Shown: one piece after another, positions 27,601-41,065 of the stretch | How the letters are laid out: every line of letters begins with the position of its first letter | Numbering within the stretch: position 1 is the first letter of the stretch | DNA from: Azolla caroliniana | Lineage: Eukaryota; Plantae; Polypodiophyta | Assembly: GCA_043228905.1 (NCBI GenBank) | Contig: JBHGNT010000001.1 | Location: 7,254,001 to 7,318,000, forward strand | Direction: 5' to 3' | Length of the DNA stretch: 64,000 nucleotides | Program-made: the position numbers and the translations under genes | Notes under the pieces: generated by a model | The model's database searches: none | What the model was told of the DNA's origin: nothing | The model's input: only the letters and a program-made list of their open reading frames with translations

Positions 27601-30600
27601 ACTATGAGGATGCACCAAAGTTCATCAATGTAGGACTTGCTTGCTTGAGAACTGGAGAGCGGATGAGTAAATAATACAAAAGGCAATCCTACTCAATTTC
27701 TCAGAAACTGGCAGGCATACCCAGACGTGGGTTCGATCCTTGTTAGGTTCACCCTGACTGGTGAAATGGATTGCTTGGCAGTCTCAACACAAGTGGAAAA
27801 AAATGTCTGAAACTTAAAGTGATATACGATGGTAGAGACAACAGAATATGGTGCATACCTTATCACTAGACCTCGACTCCAGCCAATCTGCAAGGGTGAA
27901 AAGAAACACGATCGCACCCGCTTCCAAGTAGTCACCAAGAGCAATGGCACCAGTCACTGGATTTATTGCAACATAGATATTATATGAGTCTTTCATCTTG
28001 AGGTCTCAGTTAAATCTGGTGCAATGTGACACCAATGTATGTACGAGAAATAATACTTGCCTGCAATAAGCACCAAAACATTTATGTCTAGTACCAACTG
28101 CCGCAATGATACAAAGCTTTTCATTAGTATATATGGTATGCCCACTGCTACTGCTCCAAGACCCACCCACTTAAGTGGACCATATACATAAGAGAAAAGT
28201 GATACAAGGAGTAGCAATCCAGAAGCAATAGTATATGGTGATGGCCATTTGTGCCCTGCTTTCCACTCTCCAGTGACATGAATGTTGGCTTCTAGCTGTG
28301 CACTATTCAATAATTTCACTGTTTTTTCATAAACAAGTTTTTAAATCAATAAAATCCTTAACGAAGTATAGAACTTGAGGAAAAGGAGAAAAATCCGAAA
28401 TATCTCTGCATTTTCCTTTATTTCCCAAATGCCCCTGGGCTTTGTTATTTCCCAAATGCCCTTGGTTAACCCGAAAGAGAAAATAATGTGTGAAGTGACC
28501 ATATAATTTCTGAAATGGCACCGTATATTTGAGAAAGGTAACAAATTGAGAGTATAATCGTTCTCTTTGGGATGTCTCATTTGGAGAATGATATAAAAAT
28601 GCATGGGCACTGGGAAATAAAAAACTAGGGTATGTTGGTGCATTGCCCTATTATAACCAGTTATGGAGATTTTAAGCAAAAGGAGGAAAAGAGGGTTGGT
28701 ACCTAGCCTCACAGGTGGTACTGTTACGGGGTCATGGTGCACTGTCACTGTCTTCATTGCCACGTTCACAGAAACTTCTTGAACTCCAGGGACAGGTTTG
28801 AGAAGCATCTTGATTAGAGGAGCTTCTGCAGGGCAACAAATCCCTAGAACATCGATGATGGTTTTCTTCAATTTTTTTGGTTCAATTCCACAATTATCTA
28901 CGGGTATTACAACGTGCTCTTCTTGCAATATGGGAGGGATTGGTACATGAGACATTTCTAAATGTTCAGGAAGATTTGGGTTCAAGCATTTTTTTGAAGA
29001 TGTATCTGTAGAGTTTCTAATGTCTATACCATCTATATTATTATTTTTGTTACTATGGGGACATCGATATTGAAATAGATCAAAGAAACGTTTAGAGCAA
29101 TTTCCTGATCTTCCTTGTGATTCTCCAACTTTTACAAAGCAACCATGTTCATGAAATTTGCCATCACTTACATGCCTATGACTCAACATAAAGGAACCGT
29201 CACTCAGGGGCATCAAACAATCTATTTGATCTCCTTGAGAAATTTGCTCATGGTCACACCCTTCTTGACGCACATGATGACTATCGTCTCCATGTTCATG
29301 ATGTTCATCGTTATATGGTAAAGAGCACGAACTTTGGAGATCCCATGGGAAAGCAAGATTGCATCCACCTCCATCCATACACTGAAATAATAAAAAATGG
29401 ATCAGAGGAAAGTTTACATAATAATTATCAATCAATCAAACAAAGAGAATCATTAAACCAGAGATTGTAATTACCTCTAGAAGAATATCTTCAATGGAAT
29501 CACCATTGTGAACATGGGCATGAATGTGATCCTCCTTTCGAAGACAACATCGCTCATATGTGGGATCCAACTTAGTCTTATTGTGATCAGTAAAGCAGAG
29601 CTCTTTCTCTAAGAAAGAAGGAACTATTACATATGAAAACTTGTCTCCTTGTCGTATAAGTAAATAATTAGGTTCTTTGTGTTTGAACTCTAATTCCTCC
29701 TCCTGTATGGGAACATTATAGTATGTTCTTATAAAGAATTGGTGATACCCTAGTTTACTCAATAGTCAGCTAATTATCAAAACAAAAGCGCATGTTCAAA
29801 TTGGTGTATATACAAAAGAAGATGACGTTTGTCTAAGATAAAAAAATACATTTTGATTTTGCAAAAGGTCCACCATTGCGGATATGCAAACATGTTCGTC
29901 ATTTTATATAGAGGGACTAACTCCCAATTATCCTTAGACTTAGCCCCCGATCTTGCTTTTTGTGTCTCCAAATGCCCTTGAGTTTTCTATTGGCTTAGTC
30001 AACCCAGGAAAAGAGAGAAAAAGGTCGGTTCCCCCCTGATTTTTGGTTCAGGTCATCACTTTGTCATTTGGAAAAAGTTAAAAAGAGGTCGAAAATATCA
30101 TACTGGCACGCTGTAGTTAAGTCTTGTATCATGTATGTATTGGAACGAGAAACTTTTAGAGTAGAAAAAAGAACCACGAGGTCACAATTGCTACGAGAAG
30201 AACCAGAAAAGAAAAGAGATATCTTTGATTTAAGCATTGGAGAAATGTTTTCTGCGAGAATGACGAGGAAACCGACAACACCTTGACGTGGAAAACAAAA
30301 TCTATATTTTGGAAGGAAAAGTTACTGTAGTCCATATAGATCTTACTTCGTCTAATTATTCAGCAATTTAAACAACACTTCCACACATAAATTAAGGAAC
30401 ATGGAAAAATTCTGCAGATCAGATGCAAATATATTAATATTAAAATATTGATTGTATAGTATGCCTTTACATTCCAAACATCTTGATGCGGAAAAGTTTC
30501 CGTAATCCATATGATATTACTTCCTCTAATTATTCAGCAAGTTAAAAGGACATTTTCATACATAAATCCATAATCCCTAAATCTACAGATCGGATTCAAA

Positions 30601-31906
30601 TATATAGATTATATAGTATGTCTTTGCATTCCAAACAGAAAGAATGAACAGGTTCTTAATTCAAGATGATGCAAACATACAATGGTCTCACAGCTGTCCT
30701 GCCATTCATATATCTGCAGATCAGATGGCAATCAACGAACATATTCATCATATATTTTGATACACAGATTGATTTACCTTGAGATTGTTAACATTCCCAA
30801 CTACCGGAATTTTATAACTCAGTAATAATTTACATGTGAATGTTATGGAAATATAATGGTTTTCTTTGCCCTTCTTGTACTACAGTTTATTGAAATAGAC
30901 TTATAATTTACTCATAATTATGTATATTACAGTCTGACAATAATTTAACATTTTATCATGGAAATGTACAAATTATAAGCTGGATAATTTCATACCTATA
31001 ATGGGTGCAAAGAAGATTTTTGGTACTACTATGAAAGTGTGGAATGCACGAGAATCTTATATCAAAGAATTAGCATCAAGAAAGCAACTTCCAATGTAAT
31101 TAATTTCTTTCAGAATGGAACTAATCCAATCGTCACATGAAACTGAAGTTTATGAGAGCTTAACAATACTTATATAAAGAACGGTGTGATTAATAGAAAG
31201 AGACATAGACAGACGGAAAACAGGGTGAAATGGTGCGAATTGCTGATATCAAGATTTAAAATTTAAGGCAATGAAGCAGAAAAGGTAAGAAGACTTGGAG
31301 AAGCTGTTGATGATATTTAAACGAACAGTGAAAGAGAAAGAAAGAAAACCTGTATGGATGGATGACTCAAGTCCAATAAAGAAGAAGAAGCCTTGCGAAA
31401 AGAGGAAGAAGAAGCAGATAGCACAGGAAAATACTTGAGCAATGGCCCAGATGAATGAAATCATGAAAGGAACTCGGTGAAGAAGAAAGAAAGAAAGAAA
31501 GAAGATGCTTTGTTTTAGCATGGTGCCGGTACTTAATACTGGCATTGAAGGAAACGGACGAAACTCTCTGAAGAAACCGAAGTATTTACAAATGGTGCAG
31601 CTAGTATCCGGTAGTAGTGAAAGAAAACGTGAAAGGCACACAAAGCAGAAGAATAAAATGCACGAAAATCGTAATGACATCGTAAAAGAAAAAGAATGAT
31701 GATTATGAAGAAAAGGACAAGGAGAAAGGCACAGATTGATCAATGGCGCGGGGTTAATATGAATGAAATTGTAGGAAAAGGAAGCAGAAGAAGGGATAGC
31801 TAGATCCATGATGCAGCTAAGACGAATGAAATAGAAGAGACGCAAAGCATTAGAAGAAGAATTCGCACACCTGATGCGGCGGGCATGGCGATGGAGATTG
31901 TTCCAT
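21609..31906 (-). CDS. HMA2: P1B-2 heavy-metal ATPase (Zn/Cd; HMA2/3/4 family), multi-exon
   Basis: Motifs GICCPAE (N-terminal HMA domain), [42 protein letters not shown] and a Cys/His-rich C-tail. Exons about 29475-29702, 28703-29381, 28061-28318, 27859-27956, 24922-25177, 24528-24664, 23852-24180, 23553-23752, 23334-23462, 22688-22756, 21609-22604. The start exon 31871-31906 ([12 protein letters not shown]) and a 33-nt exon at 30681-30713 are tentative. The symbol names the family, not a proven orthologue. Confidence 0.92.
30315..30637. repeat. Diverged tandem duplication of ~170 bp in the 5' intron region of the HMA gene
   Basis: GGAAAAGTT..TCTAATTATTCAGCAA..CAGATC..TATAGTATG..CATTCCAAACA occurs at ~30315-30480 and ~30490-30637. 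Confidence 0.75.
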
Positions 31907-32400
31907 CTTCTTCTTTTTCTTGTCTTTCCCTCTCGATGTCTGATTAATGCGCCTGATATGGACGAAGAAGAAAGAAGAAGAAATGCGGAGGAGGAAGATG
32001 TGATCAGGAAGAAGAAGAAGAAGAAGAAGAAGGAAGCTGCAGGTGATGGTGTGTGTGTGTGTGTGTGTGTGTGCAGGCGCACGCATACACTCACAAACAC
32101 ACACGCAAATTGATTGAAAAAATCAGAACAAAATTGGGCTTCTTCAAAATGGGCTTCGTCTCTGATCTATTTGAAGGGCACTTTCATAATAAATAAATAA
32201 TACCTGCGTGCCTGAACATACATATATGTATATGTATATGTACATAATTAAATCTGTGTATGTGCATACATACGTATCTGTATCATGTATCGTATAAAAA
32301 AACGAACCGTATGAATACGCAATAATGAGCTTTGCTCATCGTTTGTTATTATTGAGTATGTATCTTCTTTACAAGAGAAAGAAAGAGAGACATGTTGAGG

Positions 32401-32437
<37 letters not shown>

Positions 32438-34472
32438 ACACCGGCTTCATTGTCTAATCTTACACTCCCTCCCGACTTTGTTTTCCGGGTTCTTTTTTTT
32501 CAATCTCGTTCGGGTCGGATGCTTGAGTTGCGCCGACTAGTCCTTACGGCCTATGATGCCCCCAACCATTACCAATCGCTTTGCTCTTTTTTGTTGTTGC
32601 CGCTTGCGAGGTCTCGTGCCACCTCTAACTAGCCCCATGCCTTTCTTTTGACAAAGCTACAAGTCACTCTTTTTACTTATAGCAAGGAGTGTTTTTTCAT
32701 TTGGTTGGGGAAAGTTCATTCCGAAAACCTACACTTCTTAATGAAAAACTTTTCTCTTCTAGTTTATTAAAGAATTATATGTGTGTGTCTATGTAAGTCG
32801 TGAAGAAAAAAAATTGCAAGAGTATACCTGTTTATTCTCAAATATATATTACCAAACGTTTTCTTTCGAACAAACTCGTGCCCTACATACACATCACATA
32901 TACTGTAAAGTAAGATTGAACACACACTTAAAGGGGACAACGTATACTTGGCCTACACTTTAGCTTAAACCCCGCTTGATAATCATTATCAAAGGTAACC
33001 TAAATGTTCGTTCCACATGAAAGTAGGAGGATCAAGCATATGTACAGCCTAAATTTGCATCTAAGCTTACATTTCGTACACTTCGAAGCCTTAAATTTGA
33101 CGAGGGAATTTTCAGTAGTCTTGAATAAAAATATAAACAACATACACTTTATTGCATTTGATATAATGGGGTGGTTTTGTTGTGATCGTTTGCTTACGAT
33201 ACTTTTCACTCGTGTGTTTTGGTTATGGAGGAAGGTAAGTTTTGTGTGATGTTTTGATTAGAGAAAAGGAATATGCTTGGATGTCTGCTTGTTCAAATAA
33301 GTGTTGTCATACAAAAAAACATTGCTCCCTTTATATATATATATTTCACCCATACGCCTGCTTATCAAAAAGAAATATGTTCACCTAATTCCATACACAA
33401 ATTCACCATTAACTTATGAATTCTCTCTCTTCTACTCTCTCTACAAATCACCATTGGATCAATAAGTAGGTCTATTTATGTTAGCATATTTTACTAATAT
33501 AGTATTATTGGTGCCATACTTAATGCATCGTTTACTTGTGTGACTACTAATTCCTCTCCCGTCCACTCTCATCATAAATCATAAATACATGCACAAAAGA
33601 GAGGCAACGCATCATAGATTCATATGACACACTGCATTATTTGTACATTTATTCTTCTTACTTTTGGGCGATGTTCCACCACAAGTTTAATAACTTTATG
33701 TTACACTTTCAAAACCTATGAGGACAATACCTCACACCAATTATATTCGACATGGAGAGGTTATTGTGTAATGATATTGTCTCCAATTGAGCATATGACA
33801 ACCCATAATAAGTTGCAATGACGAGACTTAAATGCTGACACTCATTGCAAGGGCTTTTACTAGAAAGGAATATTGAATCTCCATCTCATGTGGATCACTT
33901 TGAATCTAACTTGTAGAATGACAACATTCTAAACTTAAAACTTATTCTCGTGAATGAACAAAATATAGTGGTTATGCGGATATGTGCTCTTTTAATAAAA
34001 GTAGGTTGTTCACTAGCTCTAAAGCTAAACCTTATTATTCCCTTCTTTGCTTTGATTATTGAAACTCCAACATATATGATCTTAGTTTCTATTAGTTAGT
34101 GTGGAAGGACAAGTGGTAGTTGAAAAAGCTCGCAAACTTGAATTGGCATGCTTGCTAGGTTCAAATATTATGAGGTACAACCTCTTCATTTGTAATATCA
34201 ATTTAACAATTCCATTCATTCTCAACATCATCCCAAATAACCAAGATATTTGTAGTATGTCTTGAGCATTGTTGATTGTTACAAACATAACCATACCTTA
34301 CCCTATGGTAGTTATTATCGTTGTTTTCTATAGACAATGTAAGAGTGTGAGGGTTAATTGAGAATGTAATCTTGGGAATTGAGACAACCCTCGAGGGCAT
34401 TCGCCCTTCTTTGCATTCTCGATTAGCCCTCACACTCTTATCCTCATGTGTATGAAATTGTAATAAAAACTA

Positions 34473-34784
34473 GGGAAAAGTACTAGGATACCCCTGGAAA
34501 TTCATCTATTTACCAGAATGCCCCTGGAAGTTCCAAATTTACCAAACTACCCCTATGTCCAAAAAAATACACTTTATAAAGTAATTATACACTCAAATAT
34601 TTGTTAAATAGGGCTAGTTCAGGTCCATTTCTTCCATCTTTGGTAAATAGGATTTGTAGATTTGAGTGTATAATTACTTTATAAAGTGTAATTTTTTGGA
34701 CATAGGGTAGTTTGGTAAATTTGGAACTTCCAAGGGCATTTTGGTAAATAAACGAACTTCCAGGGGTATCCTGATACTTTTCCC
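34473..34784. mobile_element. Mutator-like (MULE) non-autonomous element / MITE
   Basis: ~125-bp terminal inverted repeats (GGGAAAAGTA..TACTTTTCCC) flanked by a perfect 9-bp duplication TAAAAACTA (34464-34472 and 34785-34793). Confidence 0.93.
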
Positions 34785-35789
34785 TAAAAACTACCAAAAG
34801 CTAACTTATAGTTATGCCCGTAATATTAACCATAGCCATTACCTAATACCCTTTAGGACCTAAGGCTAAGCTCTTACCAACCCACAAGGATGATAACATT
34901 TTGACTTGTTAGTCCATTGCTATGTACCTTTGCTTGCCCACAAAACTTGATATTGTTATAGACATTAGTATTTTTTTTTCAAGGTTGCTCATCTATTGAT
35001 GACATTAAATTCAAAATTATGGTATTCTCATTGTTAGCAATCAGTTCCATTCTTATTCCGTTGATTGTCATAGTCTATAGATTTCCTTTGCATGTGAATG
35101 GACATTTTCAAATACTATTTGGGATGTGTATTGCAAATACGAATCCTAAATTTGTTCACTCGAGGTTTTAATAAACTTATTGGGCTTACTCTCTTCAAAC
35201 TCGGGAATTTCGTTAAGTATTAAGGATTTTAAGATGATTTAACCAATATAACATCTCTATCATTTAAATGAGAATTAAGAGTTGGTCTCATATTAGACTA
35301 AACATTTCTTATATTCCTCATTTTCTTTCACGAAGACACTGGAAAAATATTTCACATGAAAGGCATTCCTTGTGGTATGGAATGCACAATGCTAAATGTT
35401 TCTTTCTCTTCTTATGAGATCACCAATGATAGCATCAACATCATTGTTGCCATCTTCTTCATTTTTGTTGTGCTTTCTCATATCATCAAATTGTGATAAT
35501 TTAATTTAGGCATAACATTATGATGTGTGTGCTTCCACCTCTTTATCATTACATCAACTTCATTGTCGCATTTATGCATTGCATTGACATGAGAGATCAC
35601 AAAGTACCCCTAAACCCAAGGTATGTGTTTTTACATTGTTTTAAGTATCCATAGAATATATATTCTTTACTTTTTATGCCACAATTTAAAATCCTCAATA
35701 AGAGCATCATTATTCAAGCCTCAAAGGTGTTGCTATATGCAAACCCATCCCTTTCTTTCAATTCACAACTAGATTGGGTCACCATATTC

Positions 35790-36606
35790 TAGCTGCTCAA
35801 ACCGCCCGAGGGGCGGTTGCTGCAAAGGTCTGGCAAACATATCATGTTCCTCACACAATTATCACCAGGTTTTGGAATTTTTTTTTGGAAACAACAACAT
35901 GTACGACAAATCACCCCTTTCCAATGGCTATTAATACATAGGTCACTACTGGTTGGTGCATGGCAATGTGGGAACCTTAACTCTCCTAATTGTGTAGTTT
36001 GCCCAAATGCAATAGAATCAATCCGACACGCTTTGTGGGACTGCCTAGAGGCCCATTGAATATGGTTGGGGGTTGGCCGCTTATTACAATTATGCCAGGT
36101 GCAAGGCTTAATCATGTGCAACGCTTCGTTGGCTATCATGGCAAGCCCCAATTGACAGAGACGAGCATCAGGAGGGGATGGCTTTGGTGATAAAAGCACA
36201 AGAGGTTTTTTTCTCCACCATCAACAATGTCCACTCAACTCCTATCAATGCCAAATCTCAAGTTGTGTTGGAATTGGTTAGCCTAATAACTCTTTGGACT
36301 CTATGGAAACAACGGTGTAGACAGGTCTTCTCCAACCAAAACGCACAACCAATAGTGTTAATGCAAGAGATATGGAGTGAAGTTGTAGCCACTCTAAAAA
36401 GCCAATATGATGGCCTCAAGGTCGACTCCGATGGAGTTGAAAGACAACGACTAGCCTTCATACAGCAATGGTCGACCTCCCCCTTTATTGAGTCGGTGGG
36501 CATCCACATAAGATGGACCTATCGCGTCCCTACAGGGATTTGTATATATTAATCTCATATGTAAAATTTTATAACTAATGGAAGGAGTTTTTTTTTGGAA
36601 AAAAAG
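35790..36606 (+). mobile_element. 5'-truncated, decayed L1-type LINE 3' end, related to 15084-16347
   Basis: zf-RVT CVVCPNAIESIRHALWDC and C-terminus IWSEVVATLKSQYDGLKVDSD similar to IWFELVSWLRGRYDSIKGESD. Same T-run-GG-A-run 3' end. Frame broken by stops and frameshifts. Confidence 0.85.
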
Positions 36607-37099
36607 AAGTAATAACCTAGTTTGAAAAGTTATTGTAAACTAGTTATGTATATATGTATATATAATTCTACAATATTGTGAAAATAGTTGTGTAAACAAT
36701 TGAGTTTTCATTGACATAAAATACAATGCATGATAAGGAAACAAGTTATCCTAAGATAAATCAAACATATTTCTTTAAACAAGTTTCACTTCTACAAATA
36801 TATCTATCATTAGCAAATGACAATTTGTTAAGCTAACAAATGTACAATTCATAGGGCTCGACTTTTAGATTCTTCATTTGACTGAAAAGGACAGAAGTAA
36901 GAGTGGGTTCATGTGACGAGGAATTTATGAAAGAGAGTGAGACAAGGGGAGATTTTTTATTAGTAAATGATGAAGTTCTCATATGGAAGGGGAGGATAAA
37001 GAATCAACAAATCAACAAATGACAGAAATTGCTATATGTAAGAATTTGTTATAGAGAAGAAAGAGGATTGACAAGTTAGTAAACTCAAAGTGCTTTCTC

Positions 37100-38080
37100 T
37101 TATGGAAAAGGAAGGATAATTTGGGACAAGCCACAATAGCATGCGAAAATATGTGCACTCCAAAAATACTAGGCGAGGCCGCAATGCTTAACTTGTATGA
37201 CCATAGAGCGACACATGTGACATATAGATTCTCATTTCGTCAAAGTCTATTGGGATAACTAGCCATGGAAAGAAATGGTGGATTTCTTTATTGAAAATGT
37301 TGGGATTAAATATGAGGAAGAAACATAGTGGCCAATTGGTGGAATATAATGAACATTGATAGACAAGTGAAATGTGGTAGGTTGACGATATTGAATCGTT
37401 TATTGACAATGGTAGGTGTTGGAAATTTTACCATGGTCTCTATCGTTACACATACAATGCGAAAATTATTTGCAAAATGTGTTATTATGAACATCAAGAA
37501 ATTGGGATTGGTGGGATATTTATTCCTCCCAAGCTCAAAATCACTCAATGGGAAAGGTTGGACTAATTGTGGACCAAGAAGTTCTGTTATTGACATAAAG
37601 AAAGCCAATGGGTTTTGGGACAATTACATCGAGAAATAAGATTCCTAGAAGTTATAAAGAAGTGTGAACCAAGATTCAAAGGTTGTCAATGCTATGATAC
37701 TACATTACACAAGTTTGTGACTCTTCATGACATGTGCATTTGAAATTTCAAGTAAATGGGAGTCTAGATGAAGTTAAAACAAATGAGTATATCTTACGCT
37801 AATGTGCAAACATGAATGGATGTTAGAAATGGTTACTTAGGAATTGGAATTTAGCATGTCCATCATGTAGTGGAAGCAATCAATTTGGATGGAGATCCCA
37901 ACTTCCATTTCATGCTAAGGCAATGTGTTAGGAGATAGAAACATTGCCAGTGGGACATGTTTTCATGTACAATGGTATCGAAATACAATTCACATAGATT
38001 ATGTATAATCTCAAAGGTTGTTTGGATAATATAAAAGGTGATACTCACCAAGCATAATTGCAACGATTGCACTTTCTGGC
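37100..38080 (+). pseudogene. Decayed Ty3/gypsy integrase relic
   Basis: Weak remnants of integrase-like sequence (PW.K.W..DF-type segment near 37262-37290). No intact frame. Confidence 0.3.
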
Positions 38081-40622
38081 TACGTGGGTCAAAGGGGGGG
38101 GGGGGTTTACTCTATGCCAAAATATTTATTTGCTTTAATAGTTAGAACTTTAAAAGGGGGAGGTAGGTATCATTGCAGATGGGTATTAAGGTGAAATACA
38201 ACACCGACGTCATTGCAGAATGGGGTTTACAATGTCTAGATTAGACTCTTCTTTGTTCGTTCGGTAAGGTTGACAATGTGGGTGTCCATAACAACGTCAA
38301 AATCCACTTTCCAATGGGTGTTCCCACAATCTAATTCCTAAGCAATTTCACTAGGACACTATGTTTCAATTTTTGAGGGATTGGGATCTATGGCATACTT
38401 GAAAGATGCAAAACATATTTGTTTCCAATGCTCAAATGGGAGTGCACAAAAATACGAGGAGATTAAGAGGTAATTTGGCAATTTATGATATTGGAAAACT
38501 CTAGCCAACTTTGTTTCCTTGTCCATTTCCATGCTAGCATCATGCCTTGGTCTATGATGCATACAATGTGATAGGATCACACGAACTTGAAGGGGGTCAA
38601 TATTGTTAGTTTAGTGTTATGCAACATTGATGTGTTATGAAATAACATAATCTACAATAGAGAATGAATGTACAAATACACGATGGAAATGTTGATTCAT
38701 GTTATCAATCGTGTGGAAACTCACAAACTATTAGATATGTTGTTGATTGGTTCTAATGCTTGAACATGTCGTGACACATTATATTGATCAATACATATAG
38801 TGCTAATCTATAGTAGACCTTTGTAGATTTATTTTACTTTTGTTTTTAACTCCATGTATTTTGATTTCCACAAAGGATAAATTTTATTTTATTGCCCTTT
38901 CGGTAAGCCATCCCATATAATAGAAACATAGGTTACCCAACCCAATTGCCTTTATGCATCATATAATAGATTTACGAAATTGTCTCAAATGATTGCTTAT
39001 GGAAACATAGGTTACCTTATTAAATTTCTAATGATAACCAATCGTGACACCTCGCTACTCAATGCAATCAATGTATTTCAAGAGACCATGGCGCCTCGAA
39101 AATGAGCTTTCAATGTTTTACATTGACATTTTTCCACAACACAAAGTAAGTAATAAGCTGGCAGAGGGCCTAATAAAATGATCACATCACATGCACTATA
39201 TCAAATATTAGTTTAGACATAATTATCTTTGCGTTTTTAATTACAAGATGTCCCTCATTCACTCTCTTCATCTTCTACAACATGCCATAATTCATCAATA
39301 CATTTATGGAATTGTGTTATGTATGCATTCATTTATATTTTATTTAATGTATTATAGCCTCCTAAAATCAAAATACTCAACAATAAGAAGTTGTGTATGT
39401 TGCTCATTGTATATGAATTCTAAAGGTTTCCTTCTTTCGTTAACACGTTCTTAAAAGGGTGAAGCTATTGTTCATTGTTCTTGTAGTGTAAATATATCGA
39501 CGACAATATTGTAAATCTGAAGCTTAGAAGTTTGTGCTATGTAAGTGATCTAAAACAGGATTATAAACTTTCTTTAGGGAGTCTAACCCTTAAAAAACTT
39601 AGTACCCTAAGGACAATAGACCTAGTATGTTATAATGAGTAAAAATATCAACTTAACCATGAAAATAACATTAATTTATAAGTTAAAAGAAAGCTAAATA
39701 CTGTTAGTTATAATTTGCAATAATGGAAATTCATATATCAAGCTGAAACTATTAGTGGGGAATGGGCATTGATGGTTCAACTCATTTTCTGCATTATCTT
39801 TATGGAGAACCTGAAATTAAATGTATCATTGAAATACTAATTGTGACATGTAACACTTTAGATGTCCTGACAAATAATTGCTAGAGATTCAAGAGTTGGT
39901 TAAGTCATTGAAATAGGTTATTAACTCAAATATATGAATATCATGATCAATAGTAAATTTAGTATTTTGTAACATAAAGATTGTGTGTTGACATCTCAAG
40001 CATTGTACTTGATAATTTGATCACTACCAAACCTTTCCAAATTTTAGTGTTATGATCATGAATGTTTAGAGCATTTTTATTCAAAATATTGACCATTTTT
40101 TCAACATCATAAGAAGTGACAACCTTGATATTGGGCTTTACTAAACCACAATGTTTAGACTCTAGAGAATAGATATTGACATGAAATAAGTGCATGAAAA
40201 ATACCCTAGTGTTGCTCTATCATTAGGTGTAAGTATTTGAAATTTAACAAGGCCATCATATGTGAAGACTAAGGACCACCTGTTTTTGTGGTAGAATGGA
40301 AATTATCTCCACCAATTAGAGAATAATTTTAGCAACTTTGACATAGATAATCAATCTACTTTGAGGTTTTATCTGTGTCAAAGTAGATTGATGTTTTTGT
40401 CAAAGTTGCTAATGATTATTTTCTAATGCATTTATATCATATCATGGGCTTTCATTTCAAAATGTTTAGTTAGACTTCCATGTTGTTGGAAACAAGATAT
40501 TTAGTCAAGTTCTTCCCAAGAGAGCCATGGGCTACGAGGGTGGTAACATCATGCTAGAAATTAATCATGCATGAATACAATATGGAAACATATCATAAGT
40601 TTTGGATGAAGTAATGAGTATC

Positions 40623-40798
40623 ATTCTCAAATCAATTCGAATCAACACTAGTCTTTAGCTCTCATTACATATCTTGTATCCATTCTCTTTCTTTCTCTAT
40701 CTTATACATCCATTCTTCTCTTAGTATTTTGTTCCTTTCTTCTCATGTTCTCTAATATCCTTCTTCCATCACTCTATCTTTTATCCTTGGTTCCGACA
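40623..40798 (+). repeat. Partial 5' LTR (probable R-U5) of the chromovirus
   Basis: Direct repeat of 46428-46593, ending TTCCGACA. Confidence 0.9.
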
Positions 40799-41065
40799 GT
40801 TTGATTCGAATTGATTTGAGAATACATGTATGCCCTTATTTATAGGTTCCTATAGAATAACTTAGAGATTTCTAGAATGTTCTAGAATGTTCTAGACCTA
40901 GAATGCTCTAGGACATTCTAGAATAATCTAGAGTTTTTACAATAATCAATGTAATACAAGAAGTAGCTTTTATTGTTTCATATAACAATAAGCTATCTTA
41001 ATGGTTGAGGTTTTCAAGTATGGGTTACAAGGTTCGAGGTTCAAGTTCGGGTGACGCCATAATGG

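Noticed and set aside
31249-32113. 283-aa and overlapping ORFs
   Set aside because: Low-complexity translations of the microsatellite-rich 5' UTR and first intron of the HMA gene.
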